DNA of 64,000 bases from an uncultured Gammaproteobacteria bacterium. Lineage in GTDB: Bacteria > Pseudomonadota > Gammaproteobacteria > Steroidobacterales > Rariloculaceae. Positions 47,213-57,683 of this stretch are shown here, piece after piece. The notes beneath the pieces were generated by a model. It was given only the letters and a program-made list of their open reading frames with translations. It searched no databases and was not told where the DNA came from. The translations under genes were made by a program, and so were the position numbers. Positions within the stretch are counted from its first letter, which is position 1, and each line of letters opens with the position of its first letter. The stretch lies in contig CAVQLK010000001.1 in assembly GCA_963713355.1 (NCBI GenBank), positions 14,269-78,268 on the forward strand, read 5' to 3'.

Positions 47213-48116
47213 CTACACCCCGTCCGCCGGCGCGCCGGGCTTCAAATGCCGCTCGAAAAACGCGACGGTTGTCGTCCACGCCTCAATGGCGGCGTTCTCG
47301 TCGTAGTTACCGCCGCCGGGATTCGCGAAAGCGTGATCGGCGCGCGGCACGATCAGAACTTCGGCGTCCTTGCCGAGCTCTTTGAGCGTCGCTCGAAAAC
47401 TCTGCACGTCGCGAACGAGGATGCTCTTGTCCTCGGCGCCGAAAAAGCCAAGCAAGGGCACGTTCAACGGCGCGAGTCGATCGCGGGCGCGTGACGATTT
47501 GTCCGTAGTACATGACCATCGCGTCGAGCGCATTCGGATACTGCAGCGCCGTCTGTAGCGACAACCCCCCGCCGAGATCCCAACCGATGCTCGCAACGAG
47601 CGGCGCGAGCGCGTACTTCTCGAGGTATAGGTAGGCCTGGTGCAGATTGTTGCGCGCAGCGTCGGGATCCTCCTCCAAGAGCTTGCTCATCAAGGCCCGC
47701 GCCGCTTGAGGCGTTTCGGCCGCCTCGCCGCCGTACAGATCGACGGCCAGAGCAACGTAGCCCTCGCCGGCGAGCCGCCGCGTCATCGCCTTGATGTTGT
47801 CGTTCAAGCCCCACCATTCGTGAATCACGATGATGCCCGGCAGCGGCTCGGCGGCATCCTGCGGCATCGCTAGATAGCCGACGAGATTGCTGCGAGCGCC
47901 TTCGCCGTAGGCGACCTCGTGCTCGAGGACCGGCACCTTCGGCGGCGCTTCGGAGAACGGCGGGGGTGCCGGCGCATCGTGCTCGTGCTCGGGCGCCGTG
48001 GCCGCGGATGCGGCCGCGGCCGCCTCCGCCGCTGGTACGGCCGGCTCGTCAAAGGACCCGCAACCGAGGAGCGCGGCGTAGACCGCAGCAATGGTGGCCG
48101 CACGTATCGTATTCAT
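47213..48116 (-). pseudogene. dienelactone hydrolase family lipoprotein, one frameshift
   Basis: Lipobox MNTIRAATIAAVYAALLGCGS. IIVIHEWWGLNDNIKAMTRRLAGEGYVALAVDLY. A 1-nt deletion near 47487 joins ..MVMYYGQIVT to RDRLAPLNVPLLGFFGAEDKSI...ADHAFANP. Confidence 0.8.
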
Positions 48117-48163
48117 GGAAAAACTGAAACACATGGGCCTGGTCGTGGCAAGGCAACACGTCG

Positions 48164-49510
48164 CTAACGCGCCCGGAACTCCAGGGCACGAGCCTGGCGG
48201 GGGCCGGCAACGGGCAGCCCATCGCGGAAAACCGGGACGCCGTTCAGCACCGTCATGACGATCGCGCCGCGAAGGTCGGTTCCTTCGAGCGGCGACCAGC
48301 CGCACTTGTACCGCACCTGCGCCGCGTCGACGCGCGTGACCGCGCCCAGGTCAACGGCCACGAGGTCGGCGTAGTAGCCCTCGCGGATGAAGCCGCGCTC
48401 CGCGATGCCGAACAGCACGGCCGGGTTGTGCGCGGCCTTCTCGACGATCTTCGGCAGCGTGAACAGCCCTTGCGCGTGTTGCTCGAGCAGCATCAGCAAC
48501 GAGTGCTGCACGAGCGGCAACCCCGATGGCGCGTCGAAGTAACCGCGCGACTTCTCCTCGAGCGTGTGCGGCGCGTGATCCGTTGCGATGACGTCGATGC
48601 GGTCCTCGACGACCGCCGCTCGCAGCGCGTCGCGATCCGCGGCCGTCTTGATCGCCGGGTTGCACTTGATCAGGGTGCCGAGCGAAGCGTAGCTCGACTC
48701 GTCGAACCACAGATGATGAGCACAGACCTCTGCGGTGATCCGTTTGCCCTCGATCGGGCCGCGCTCGAACAGCGCGAGCTCGCGCGCGGTCGTCAGATGC
48801 AGCACGTGAAGACGAGCACCGTGCTTCTTCGCGAGCCCGACGGCCATCGAGGACGACCGGTAGCAAGCCTCTTCGGAGCGGATCTTTGGATGCGCTTCGA
48901 TCGGCACGGCGTCGCCGTAGCGCTCGCGGTAGCGCTTCTCGGCTTCCCAGATCAGCGGCGAATACTCGCAATGCGCAGCGATCGGCACGTGGGCCGAGGC
49001 GAAGATGCCTTCGAGCGTCGCGGGATCGTCGACGAGCATGTTGCCCGTCGAGGCGCCCATGAAGACCTTGACGCCGCAGGCGTCGCCGACGCCGACGCGC
49101 TTGATCTCTTCGAGGTTGGTGTTCGTCGCGCCGAGATAGAACCCGTAGTTCACGTGGCAGGTCGCGGCCGCGATGCGGCGTTTCTCTGCGAGCGCGGCGC
49201 GGTCCGTCGACGGCGGCTGCGTGTTCGGCATGTCGAGGAAGCTGGTGACGCCGCCGCACAGCGCGGCCAACGATTCCGTCGCGAGCGTCGCCTTATGCGT
49301 GAGACCGGGCTCGCGGCAATGCACTTGATCGTCGATGAGGCCCGGCAGGAGATACTTGCCTTTAAGATCGATCGTCGTCGTGCCCGCGGGCACGGCGCCG
49401 TCTCCGATGCGCTCGACGCGCTCGCCGCGAATCAGCACGTCGGCGGCGGCGATACGGCCTTCGTTGACGAGCTGCGCATTGACCAACCGTAGAGGGCCCA
49501 TGGCGCTCAC
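48164..49510 (-). CDS. pyrC: dihydroorotase (class I cyclic amidohydrolase)
   Basis: LPGLIDDQVHCREPGLTHKATLATESLAALCGGVTSFLDMPNTQPP; later VIATDHAPH. Confidence 0.75.
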   Translation of the reverse strand: MSAMGPLRLVNAQLVNEGRIAAADVLIRGERVERIGDGAVPAGTTTIDLKGKYLLPGLIDDQVHCREPGLTHKATLATESLAALCGGVTSFLDMPNTQPPSTDRAALAEKRRIAAATCHVNYGFYLGATNTNLEEIKRVGVGDACGVKVFMGASTGNMLVDDPATLEGIFASAHVPIAAHCEYSPLIWEAEKRYRERYGDAVPIEAHPKIRSEEACYRSSSMAVGLAKKHGARLHVLHLTTARELALFERGPIEGKRITAEVCAHHLWFDESSYASLGTLIKCNPAIKTAADRDALRAAVVEDRIDVIATDHAPHTLEEKSRGYFDAPSGLPLVQHSLLMLLEQHAQGLFTLPKIVEKAAHNPAVLFGIAERGFIREGYYADLVAVDLGAVTRVDAAQVRYKCGWSPLEGTDLRGAIVMTVLNGVPVFRDGLPVAGPRQARALEFRAR

Positions 49511-50463
49511 GCTCTACCCGCGAATCGATCCGTCGCCGCAATGAGCTCGGCCGTGATTCCGGGCTCGTAGGCCGAGTGACCCGCGTCTGGCACGATCTTG
49601 AAATCGGCCTCGGGCCAGCGCCGATGCAGCTCGAAGGCCGTATCGATCGGGCACACGACGTCGTAACGACCGTGCACGAGCACGGCCGGTATCTGCCGAA
49701 TGCGGGCGACGCCGTCGAGAAGCTGGTTCTCGTGCTCGAAGAAGCCGCGATTGACGAAATAGTGGGCCTCGATGCGCGCCAGCGCGAGTGCGAACTCCGG
49801 CGCCCCGAACTGGTCCTCGCGCTTCGGATTCGGCAGCAGCGAGCTCGTGGCCCCCTCCCAGATCGACCATGCGCGCGCCGCTTCGAGGCGCACCGCGGCG
49901 GCGTCTGATAGCAGGCGCGCGTGGAAGGCGCCGAGCAGATCGTGCCGCTCGGCAAGCGGAATCGGCTCCACGAATCTTTGCCATTGCTCGGGGAACACCA
50001 GGCTAGCGCCGCACTGGTAGAACCAGGTCAACTCGACCGAGCGCAGCAGGAAAATGCCGCGCAGCACGAGCTCGCTGACCGCGTCGGGGTGGGTCTCTGC
50101 GTACGCGAGCGCGAGCGTGCTGCCCCACGAGCCGCCGAATACCTGCCAGCGTTCGAGCTTCAGATGCCGCCGCAGCCGCTCCATGTCGGCAACGAGGTGC
50201 CAGGTCGTGTTGGCTTCGAGCGAGGCATGCGGGCGGCTCCTTCCCGAGCCGCGCTGATCGAAGACGACGATCCGATAGCGAGCGGGATCGAAAAATCGCC
50301 GTGCGTTGACGTCGCCCCCGCCGCCGGGACCGCCGTGCACGAACAACGCGGGCTTGCCCGACGGATTACCCGATTGCTCGTAGTACATCTCGTGGCCGTC
50401 CCCGACCCCGAGATAACCCGTGTCGAACGGCTCGATCGGAGGATACTGCGTCCGATTGCTCAT
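49507..50463 (-). CDS. pip: prolyl aminopeptidase (proline iminopeptidase)
   Basis: YPPIEPFDTGYL, VHGGPGGG, FDQRGSGRS, nucleophile elbow GGSWGSTLALAYA. Start at MSNRTQ; ORF opens at 50553. Confidence 0.9.
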   Translation of the reverse strand: MSNRTQYPPIEPFDTGYLGVGDGHEMYYEQSGNPSGKPALFVHGGPGGGGDVNARRFFDPARYRIVVFDQRGSGRSRPHASLEANTTWHLVADMERLRRHLKLERWQVFGGSWGSTLALAYAETHPDAVSELVLRGIFLLRSVELTWFYQCGASLVFPEQWQRFVEPIPLAERHDLLGAFHARLLSDAAAVRLEAARAWSIWEGATSSLLPNPKREDQFGAPEFALALARIEAHYFVNRGFFEHENQLLDGVARIRQIPAVLVHGRYDVVCPIDTAFELHRRWPEADFKIVPDAGHSAYEPGITAELIAATDRFAGRA

Positions 50464-50641
50464 GTTCCTCGTCCGCTTTCCTTGCTCCGGCATTCCACCG
50501 CCCGCGCTTATACTCACCCAAGTCGCTCCGCTACGCACGGCTCGGCCGTCCATTAAGGTTCAGTCACTTGAAAGGCGTTTCCGTCGTATGCAGAATGTCC
50601 GCCGCTCGCCGGCGAGCCGTTGATTCGTCGCCGAGCCTCCA

Positions 50642-51577
50642 ATGATCGAAGTTCAAAACCTAACGAAAGAATACGGTAGGTTTCGTGCCGTAGACGACTT
50701 GAGCTTTCGCGTCTCGCCCGGCGAGGTGCTCGGGTTTCTCGGGCCGAACGGCGCGGGCAAGACGACGACGATGCGCATCGTCGCGGGCTTCCTGCCGCCG
50801 ACGGCGGGCCGCGTGCTGATCTGCGGCTCCGACATCGAGACACAATCCGTCGCGGCGAAGCGCCGCATCGGCTATTTGCCCGAAGGCGCCCCGAGCTATC
50901 CCGAGATGACGCCGCGCTCGTTCCTCGAGTTCATTGCCGAAGCGCGCGGCATTGCCGCGGCTGCACGGCGCAAGCGCCTCGACGAGGTGTTCCAGCTACT
51001 GCACCTCGATCGCGTGCTCGAGCAGAGCATCGACACGCTGTCGAAGGGCTATCGCCGGCGCGTCGGCCTCGCGCAGGCGATCCTGCATGACCCCGAGGTC
51101 TTGATCCTCGACGAGCCCACCGACGGCCTCGACCCGAACCAGAAGCACGAGGTCCGCGCGCTGATCGGGCACATGGCGAAGTCGAAGATCATCGTGATCT
51201 CCACGCACTTGCTCGAGGAAGTCGAAGCGGTATGCAACCGCGCAATCATCATCGCGCGCGGCAAGATCCTCGCCGACGACACGCCGCGCGGCCTCGAAGC
51301 GCGCTCGCGGTTCTATAACGCGGTGTCGCTGAAGCTCGCGGATCCGCAGCTGATTCCCGCGGCGCAGAGCGCCATCAAGCTGCTGCCCGAGGTCGCGGGC
51401 ACCGAGCTCGACGAGAAGAACGGCCGTATCACGGCTTTCCCGGCACCCGGTAAGCTGCCGCTCGCGCCGATCAACGCGCTCGCGGAACGCCAGCGCTGGC
51501 CGCTCGCCGAGCTGCACCTCGAGTCCGGCCGCCTCGACGAGGTGTTCCGCTCGATCACGGGAGGGGCCACGGCATGA
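50642..51577 (+). CDS. ABC transporter ATP-binding protein (GldA-like)
   Basis: Walker A GPNGAGKTT, signature LSKGYRRRV, Walker B ILDEPTDGLD. Confidence 0.9.
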   Translation: MIEVQNLTKEYGRFRAVDDLSFRVSPGEVLGFLGPNGAGKTTTMRIVAGFLPPTAGRVLICGSDIETQSVAAKRRIGYLPEGAPSYPEMTPRSFLEFIAEARGIAAAARRKRLDEVFQLLHLDRVLEQSIDTLSKGYRRRVGLAQAILHDPEVLILDEPTDGLDPNQKHEVRALIGHMAKSKIIVISTHLLEEVEAVCNRAIIIARGKILADDTPRGLEARSRFYNAVSLKLADPQLIPAAQSAIKLLPEVAGTELDEKNGRITAFPAPGKLPLAPINALAERQRWPLAELHLESGRLDEVFRSITGGATA

Positions 51578-52311
51578 GCGGCGTCGCAGCGATATTCAAG
51601 CGCGAGCTCGCTAGCTATTTCGCGACGCCGATCGCGTACGTGTTCATCGTGATCTTCCTGATCATCTCGGGTTGGTTCACGTTCTTCTACGGCGGCTTCT
51701 ACGAGACGGGCCAGGCCGACCTTGGCGCGTTCTTCTACTGGCACCCATGGCTGTACCTGTTGCTTGTGCCGGCTTTGAGCATGCGGTTGTGGGCCGAGGA
51801 ACGAAAGTCGGGCAGCATCGAGCTACTGATGACGCTGCCGCTCGAGACTTGGCAGACGGTCGCCGGCAAGTATCTCGCCGCATGGGCATTCACGGCGATC
51901 GCGGTCGCGCTGACCTTTCCGATTTGGATCACCGTCAACTATCTCGGCGATCCCGACAACGGCGTCATCGTCGCGGCCTACTTCGGCAGCCTCCTGATGG
52001 CTGGAGGCTTCCTCGCCGTCGGTGCCTGCATCTCTGCTGCGACGAAAAACCAGGTCATCGCGTTCATCCTGTCCGTCGTCACGTGCTTCGGCTTGCTCGC
52101 CCCCGGCCTCGGCGTCGTGCAACAGGTGCTGTCCGGGGGGCTAGCGCCGCAATGGCTCGTCGACGGGCTTGCCAGCTTGGGGCCGCAGGCGCACTTCGAC
52201 TACATCAGCAAGGGCGTCATCGACCTGCGCGATCTCGTCTATTTCGCGCTGCTGATCGGCCTCGCGCTCTACGCGAACACGATAGTGCTCGAGCTCAAGA
52301 AGGCGGATTGA
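51574..52311 (+). CDS. ABC-2 type permease (GldF-like)
   Basis: Six hydrophobic spans. Start overlaps the ATPase stop (ATGA). Confidence 0.85.
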   Translation: MSGVAAIFKRELASYFATPIAYVFIVIFLIISGWFTFFYGGFYETGQADLGAFFYWHPWLYLLLVPALSMRLWAEERKSGSIELLMTLPLETWQTVAGKYLAAWAFTAIAVALTFPIWITVNYLGDPDNGVIVAAYFGSLLMAGGFLAVGACISAATKNQVIAFILSVVTCFGLLAPGLGVVQQVLSGGLAPQWLVDGLASLGPQAHFDYISKGVIDLRDLVYFALLIGLALYANTIVLELKKAD

Positions 52312-52315
52312 CGGC

Positions 52316-54211
52316 ATGAGCGGGACTAGCCGAAACAAGCTTGGAGCAGCGACGCTGGTGCTCATCGCGCTCGCGTTCGTCGTCGCCGCCGTGGCCACGA
52401 ACGTCTGGCTGCGCGGCGTGCGCATCGACTTGACCGAGAACAACCTCTACACGCTCGGCGAGGGCACGCAAGCCGTACTCGACGGCATCGACGAGCCGAT
52501 CAATCTCTATCTCTTCTTCTCGAACGAGGCGACGGAGACGCTGCCGTCGCTGCGCGCGTATGCGGCGCGCGTGCGCGAGATGCTCGAGGAGCTGGCGGCG
52601 AACGCGCCGGACGGGAAGCTCGTGCTGAATTTCGTCGATCCGCTGCCATTCTCCGAGGAGGAAGACCGTGCTGAGCAGCTCGGCCTGCAATCGGCGGACA
52701 TCGGCGCCGGCGGCGACCCCGTCTACTTCGGCCTGGCCGGCACGAACAGCGTCGGCACGACGGACCGCATTCCGTTCTTCCAGCCCGACCCGCGCAAGGA
52801 AGCGTTTCTCGAGTACGACCTCGCGCGGCTCATCTACAACCTCGCGAATACCGACAAGACGGTCGTCGGCTTGCTGACGAGCGCGCCGGTCGGCGGCGGT
52901 TTCGACGCGCAGACGCAGCAGCCGTCGCAGCCGTGGGTCGTCGTCGAGCAAGCCAAGCAGCTGCTCGAGGTGCGGACGCTTCCCGGCAGCGTGCTCACGA
53001 TCGACAGCGACATCGACGTGCTCTGGATCGTCCATCCGACGATGCTCGATGACTCGACGCTCTATGCGATCGATCAGTTCGTCATGCGCGGCGGCCGCGC
53101 GCTGATCTTCGTCGATCCGCAGGCCGAGATACTCGCGGGCGCGGACCCGAGTGGTTTAGGCATCGGCAGCGGCGCCTCGAGCTCGACGCTGCAGCGGCTG
53201 TTCGACGCGTGGGGCGTCACGTTCAACACTTCGAGCGTCGTCACCGACAATCGCTACGCGCTCAGCATCGGCGGCCGCTTCCAGCCCATTCGCCACATCG
53301 GTCTGCTCGGCCTCGACGCCGAGGCGATGAGCCAGGACGACCCGATCACGTCTGGGTTGAGCACCGTCAACTTCGGAGTTGCGGGCCATTTCGAGCTCGC
53401 CGAAGGCGCGGCCGTGAAACTGACGCCACTGCTCACGTCGAGCGTCGAGTCCGAGGTCATGCCGTCGGAGCGGTTCCAATTCCTGCCGGACCCCGAGGAG
53501 CTGCTGAACGGTTTCACGCCGAGCGGCAAGGAGCACGTTCTCGCCGCGCGCCTCGAAGGGCCGTTGAAATCGGCGTTTCCTGACGGCGCACCGACGGCCG
53601 AGAACCGCGACGCGCCCGTCGACGCGGCGCTCGCGAGCACGCACTTGGCCTCGACCGAGAGCGCCAACCTCGTGCTCGTCGGCGACGTCGACATCTTGAG
53701 CGACCGGCTCTGGGTGCAGGCGCAGAATTTCTTGGGGCAGCGGCTCGTCAGCGCGTTCGCGAACAACGGCGACTTCGTCATCAACGCGCTCGACAATCTT
53801 TCCGGCAGCGCGGCGTTGATCGGCCTCAGGAGCCGTGCGACGTACACGCGTCCGTTCACGAAGGTCGAGGAGCTGCGCCGCAACGCGGATCTCGAGTTCC
53901 GCGCGACCGAGGATCGGCTCGAGGCCGAGCTCACGCAAACCGAGCAGCGCTTGAGCGAGCTGCAAGCGTCGCGCAGCGACGGCAACTCGCTGCTGATGAG
54001 CCCCGCGCAGCAGGCCGAGATCCAGCGCTTTCTCGACCAGCAAGTCCGCATCCGCCAGGAGCTGCGCGCAGTGCGCCGCAATCTCGACGCCGATATCGAA
54101 CGGCTCGGCACCTGGCTCAAAGCGATCAACATCGCGCTCGTGCCGCTCGTGCTGACGATCATCGCGCTCGGCGTCGTCGTCGTGCGGCGGCGCAGGAAGG
54201 CGCAGCCATGA
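52316..54211 (+). CDS. GldG-family auxiliary protein of the ABC system
   Basis: N-terminal TM, DLTENNLYTLGEGT, large periplasmic body, and C-terminal coiled coil plus TM (INIALVPLVLTIIALGVVVV). Confidence 0.8.
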   Translation: MSGTSRNKLGAATLVLIALAFVVAAVATNVWLRGVRIDLTENNLYTLGEGTQAVLDGIDEPINLYLFFSNEATETLPSLRAYAARVREMLEELAANAPDGKLVLNFVDPLPFSEEEDRAEQLGLQSADIGAGGDPVYFGLAGTNSVGTTDRIPFFQPDPRKEAFLEYDLARLIYNLANTDKTVVGLLTSAPVGGGFDAQTQQPSQPWVVVEQAKQLLEVRTLPGSVLTIDSDIDVLWIVHPTMLDDSTLYAIDQFVMRGGRALIFVDPQAEILAGADPSGLGIGSGASSSTLQRLFDAWGVTFNTSSVVTDNRYALSIGGRFQPIRHIGLLGLDAEAMSQDDPITSGLSTVNFGVAGHFELAEGAAVKLTPLLTSSVESEVMPSERFQFLPDPEELLNGFTPSGKEHVLAARLEGPLKSAFPDGAPTAENRDAPVDAALASTHLASTESANLVLVGDVDILSDRLWVQAQNFLGQRLVSAFANNGDFVINALDNLSGSAALIGLRSRATYTRPFTKVEELRRNADLEFRATEDRLEAELTQTEQRLSELQASRSDGNSLLMSPAQQAEIQRFLDQQVRIRQELRAVRRNLDADIERLGTWLKAINIALVPLVLTIIALGVVVVRRRRKAQP

Positions 54212-55311
54212 GCCTGCGGACGATCGCGATCCTCGCGGCGGCGCTCGTCGTGCTCCTCGCCCTCGTCATGGCCGGCCAGCGCAGCGGCACGACGCCGACC
54301 GGCGCCGGCGCGGCACTCGTGCCGGAACTCACGGCCGCGCTCGGCGAGGTCGAGCGCGTGACGATCGTCAAGGCGAACAACGAGACCGTGGCGACGCTCG
54401 AAAAAGGGCCCGAGAGCTGGGTCGTCTCCGATAAGCACGGCTACGCGGCCGACGCCGCGAAGCTGCGGCAGGCGCTCACGGCGCTCGGTGAAGCGAAGAT
54501 CCTCGAGCAGAAGACGGCGAATGCGGAGCTCTATGGCCGGCTCGGCGTCGAGGACGTCGCGGCGGCTGACGCGGCCGGCATCAGCATCGCGCTGACGGCG
54601 CCGGGCCGCGAGCTGCCGGCCGTCATCCTCGGCAACGCCGAAGGCGCTCGGTACCGCTACGCGCGGCGGGCCGGCGAGGCACAAAGCTTCCTGATCGACC
54701 GCAATCCCGACGTGCCGCGTGCGGCCGCGCAATGGGTCGATTCGCGTGTCGTCGACGTCCGCAGCGAGCGAGTGCGCGAGGTCACGATCACGCACGCCGA
54801 TGGCGAGGTCGTCCGCGTCTCGAAGGCGAGCGCCGAGCTCGCGAATTTCGAGGTCGCGGATGTGCCCGAAGGACGCGAGCTCTCGTATCCCGGCGTCGCG
54901 AATGTCATCGGCAGCTCGCTGCGCGAGCTGAATCTCGAGGACGTCGAGCCCGCCGCGGAAGCGGCCGCAGAGCCGCAGACGATCGTCCCCACGATCGTCG
55001 AATTTCGGACGTTCGACGGCCTCGTCGTGCGCGTTACGGGCATCGAGCGCAACGACGAGAGCTGGATCACGCTCGAGGCGAGCGTCGACGCGAGCCAAGC
55101 GGCGGCGGCGCCTGCCGCGGCTCCGGCTGCCGAGGGCGCAGCGCCGGCCGAAGGCGCTGCGGCGCCCGCCGAAGGCGCTGCCGACACGACCGCCGAAGCG
55201 GCGCGCATCAACGCCAAGGTCGGCGGTTGGCGCTACAAGATCGCGGGCTTCCAGTACGACCAGATGACACGCCGCATGGCCGATCTGCTCAAGGCGCCGC
55301 CCGCGGCGTGA
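54208..55311 (+). CDS. DUF4340 domain protein with Ala/Pro/Glu-rich insert
   Basis: N-terminal anchor MSLRTIAILAAALVVLLALVMA; VERVTIVKANNETVATLEKGPESWVVSDKHGY. Start overlaps the gldG-like stop. Confidence 0.75.
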   Translation: MSLRTIAILAAALVVLLALVMAGQRSGTTPTGAGAALVPELTAALGEVERVTIVKANNETVATLEKGPESWVVSDKHGYAADAAKLRQALTALGEAKILEQKTANAELYGRLGVEDVAAADAAGISIALTAPGRELPAVILGNAEGARYRYARRAGEAQSFLIDRNPDVPRAAAQWVDSRVVDVRSERVREVTITHADGEVVRVSKASAELANFEVADVPEGRELSYPGVANVIGSSLRELNLEDVEPAAEAAAEPQTIVPTIVEFRTFDGLVVRVTGIERNDESWITLEASVDASQAAAAPAAAPAAEGAAPAEGAAAPAEGAADTTAEAARINAKVGGWRYKIAGFQYDQMTRRMADLLKAPPAA

Positions 55312-55366
55312 TTCAGCGGCTTCGTCCTTAGCGGCCCCGGCCCCCGCCCGTTACACTGCGTGCGCC

Positions 55367-56924
55367 ATGAGCACGCAGCCGAAGTCGTATCCCATCGCCG
55401 CGAGCTACGCGCCGTTGATCGCGCGCGCGCGCGTCTACGACGTCGCGATCGAGTCGCCGCTCGACCATGCGCCGCGCCTATCGGCGCGCCTCGGCTGCGA
55501 CGTGCACTTGAAGCGCGAGGACTTGCAGGCCGTGTTCTCGTTCAAGCTGCGCGGCTCGTATAACAAGATCGCGCAAACGGCGGATGCGAAGCTCGCGAAC
55601 GGCGTCATTTGCAGCTCGGCAGGCAATCACGCGCAGGGCGTCGCGCTCGCGGCCCGCAAGCGCGGACTGCGGGCCGTCATCGTGATGCCGAAGACGACGC
55701 CCTCGATCAAGATCGACGCCGTCGTCGCGCTCGGCGGCGAGGCCGTGCTGCACGGCATGACGTACGACGACGCCAACGCGCACGCTCGTGAGCTCGAAGC
55801 GGCCCAAGGCCTTTGCTTCGTGCATCCGTTCAACGATCCCGACGTCATCGCCGGCCAGGGCACGATCGGCGCCGAGGTCGAGCGCCAGTGGCCGCGCGTG
55901 CCCGATGCGGTATTCGTCCCCGTCGGCGGCGGCGGGCTGATCAGCGGCATCGGCGCCTTCCTGAAGTATCGCTACCCGGGCGTCAAGATCATCGGCGTCG
56001 AGCCGTACGAGTCGGCGAGCATGCACGACTCGTTGCGCGCGGGAAGGCTCGTCACGCTCGAGCGCGTCGGCACGTTCGCCGACGGCGTCGCCGTGCGGCG
56101 CGTTGGCGAGGAGACTTTTCGCGTGGCGAGCGAGGTCGTAGACGAGATCATCCTCGTCAACACGGACGAGATTTGCGCCGCCATCAAGGACATCTTCGAG
56201 GACGTGCGCGCGGTCGTGGAACCGGCCGGAGCGCTCGCCGTCGCCGGCATGAAGCGCTATGCGGAGCGTCAAGCGGCCAAGGGCGCTACGCTGATCGCCG
56301 TATTGAGCGGCGCGAACATGAACTTCGGCCGCCTGCGCCACGTGACCGAGCGCGCGGAGATCGGCGAGCAGCCGCGAGGCGCTGCTGGCCGTCGAGATTC
56401 CGGAGAAGCCCGGCGCGTTCTTGAAGTTCTGCGAAGCGCTCGGCGACCGCAACATCACCGAGTTCAACTATCGGCTGTCGCCGGGCGCGACGGCGCGCAT
56501 CTTCGTCGGCGTGCAACTGCAGCGCGGGCTCGCGGAGGCCGCAGAGATCACTGCGCTGCTTGCAGCCTTAGGCTATCCCGTGCTCGATCTCTCCGGCAAC
56601 GAGCTCGCGAAGCTGCACGTGCGCCACCTCGTGGGCGGCCAGGTGCCGGGCCTCAAGAACGAGCTTCTGTATCGGTTCGAGTTTCCCGAGCGCCCCGGCG
56701 CGCTGCTCAAGTTCCTCGAGGCGATCGGCGATCTCTGGAACATCAGTCTGTTCCACTACCGCAATCACGGCTCCGACTACGGCCGCGTGCTCGCGGGTGT
56801 GCAAGTGCCGGAGACCGATCGAGCGGAGTTTAAGAAGCATCTCGCGAAGCTCGGATACAGGTACGCCGACGAAACCGAGAACCCGGCCTATCGGCTGTTC
56901 CTGCGCGCGAGCGACAAGGCCTAG
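55367..56924 (+). pseudogene. ilvA: biosynthetic threonine ammonia-lyase, one frameshift
   Basis: PLP lysine motif VFSFKLRGSYN. An extra C near 56372 turns ..RAEIGEQ|REALLAVEIPEKPGAFLKFCEALGDRNITEFNYR into two ORFs (55367.. and 56421..56924). The ACT-like regulatory domains are intact in the second frame. Confidence 0.9.
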
Positions 56925-57041
56925 TTGATCGGCACGGCAAGGCGCTGTGGGTGCTCACCTGTACGGCATGCGTGCATGAGTACCTCCCCGGCGATCGTCA
57001 GGCTACCTGTCGACTTAGGCGGGTCGTGCCGGCCGCCGAGG

Positions 57042-57680
57042 TCAGGCTCCGTCGATATGGGCCAGTTTCGAGGTTTGGGACAGGCGGTAGAAGCGGCGCA
57101 GCTCGCGCTGTGCGGCCGCCTCGTCGTCGCGCGCAAGCGCCGGCTCGAGGCGCCTGCAATATTTCGCGGCATAGCGGTTCGCGCGGCGATAGCGCTCGCG
57201 CTCGTGCTCGGCGAGCTCGGCCGCGAGCGTCGGCGAATCGAATAGCCAGCCGTGCAAGCCGCTCGGCTCGCGGCCCGTCTGCTCGCGCAGCAGCATGCCC
57301 GTCGTCACGAACTTGTCGACCTCGGCCTGCAGCTCGAGCTCGAACAGCGAGACGTCCTTGTCGCGCGCGGCATTCCACGCGTAGTAGGTAAAGTGGCTGA
57401 CGCCCTCGAGCGCCGACCAGAAGTCGGCGAGGTTGTCACCGTCGAGCTTCGTCAGCGGGTCGTGGCGGCCGAGGCGATCGAGCAGCGCGCGCTCGAGATA
57501 CAGCGCGACGTCGGCCTCGCCGTCCGCCTCGGCGATCAGCAGCTTCTCGTCGACTTGGCGGCCGCCCGAATCGAGGCAGCGCGCGAGCTCCGGATCGGTG
57601 ATCAGAAAATCGCTGACGGCGTAGCCGACTTCCAGCGCGTAGAGCTCGTGCAGCATCGCCTCGAGCTTGCGCAGCAGCAT
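57042..57680 (-). CDS. conserved-looking hypothetical protein (212 aa)
   Basis: Clean ORF with normal codon bias, acidic and helical. It starts 3 nt after the upstream gene's stop. Confidence 0.6.
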   Translation of the reverse strand: MLLRKLEAMLHELYALEVGYAVSDFLITDPELARCLDSGGRQVDEKLLIAEADGEADVALYLERALLDRLGRHDPLTKLDGDNLADFWSALEGVSHFTYYAWNAARDKDVSLFELELQAEVDKFVTTGMLLREQTGREPSGLHGWLFDSPTLAAELAEHERERYRRANRYAAKYCRRLEPALARDDEAAAQRELRRFYRLSQTSKLAHIDGA

Positions 57681-57683
57681 GGA

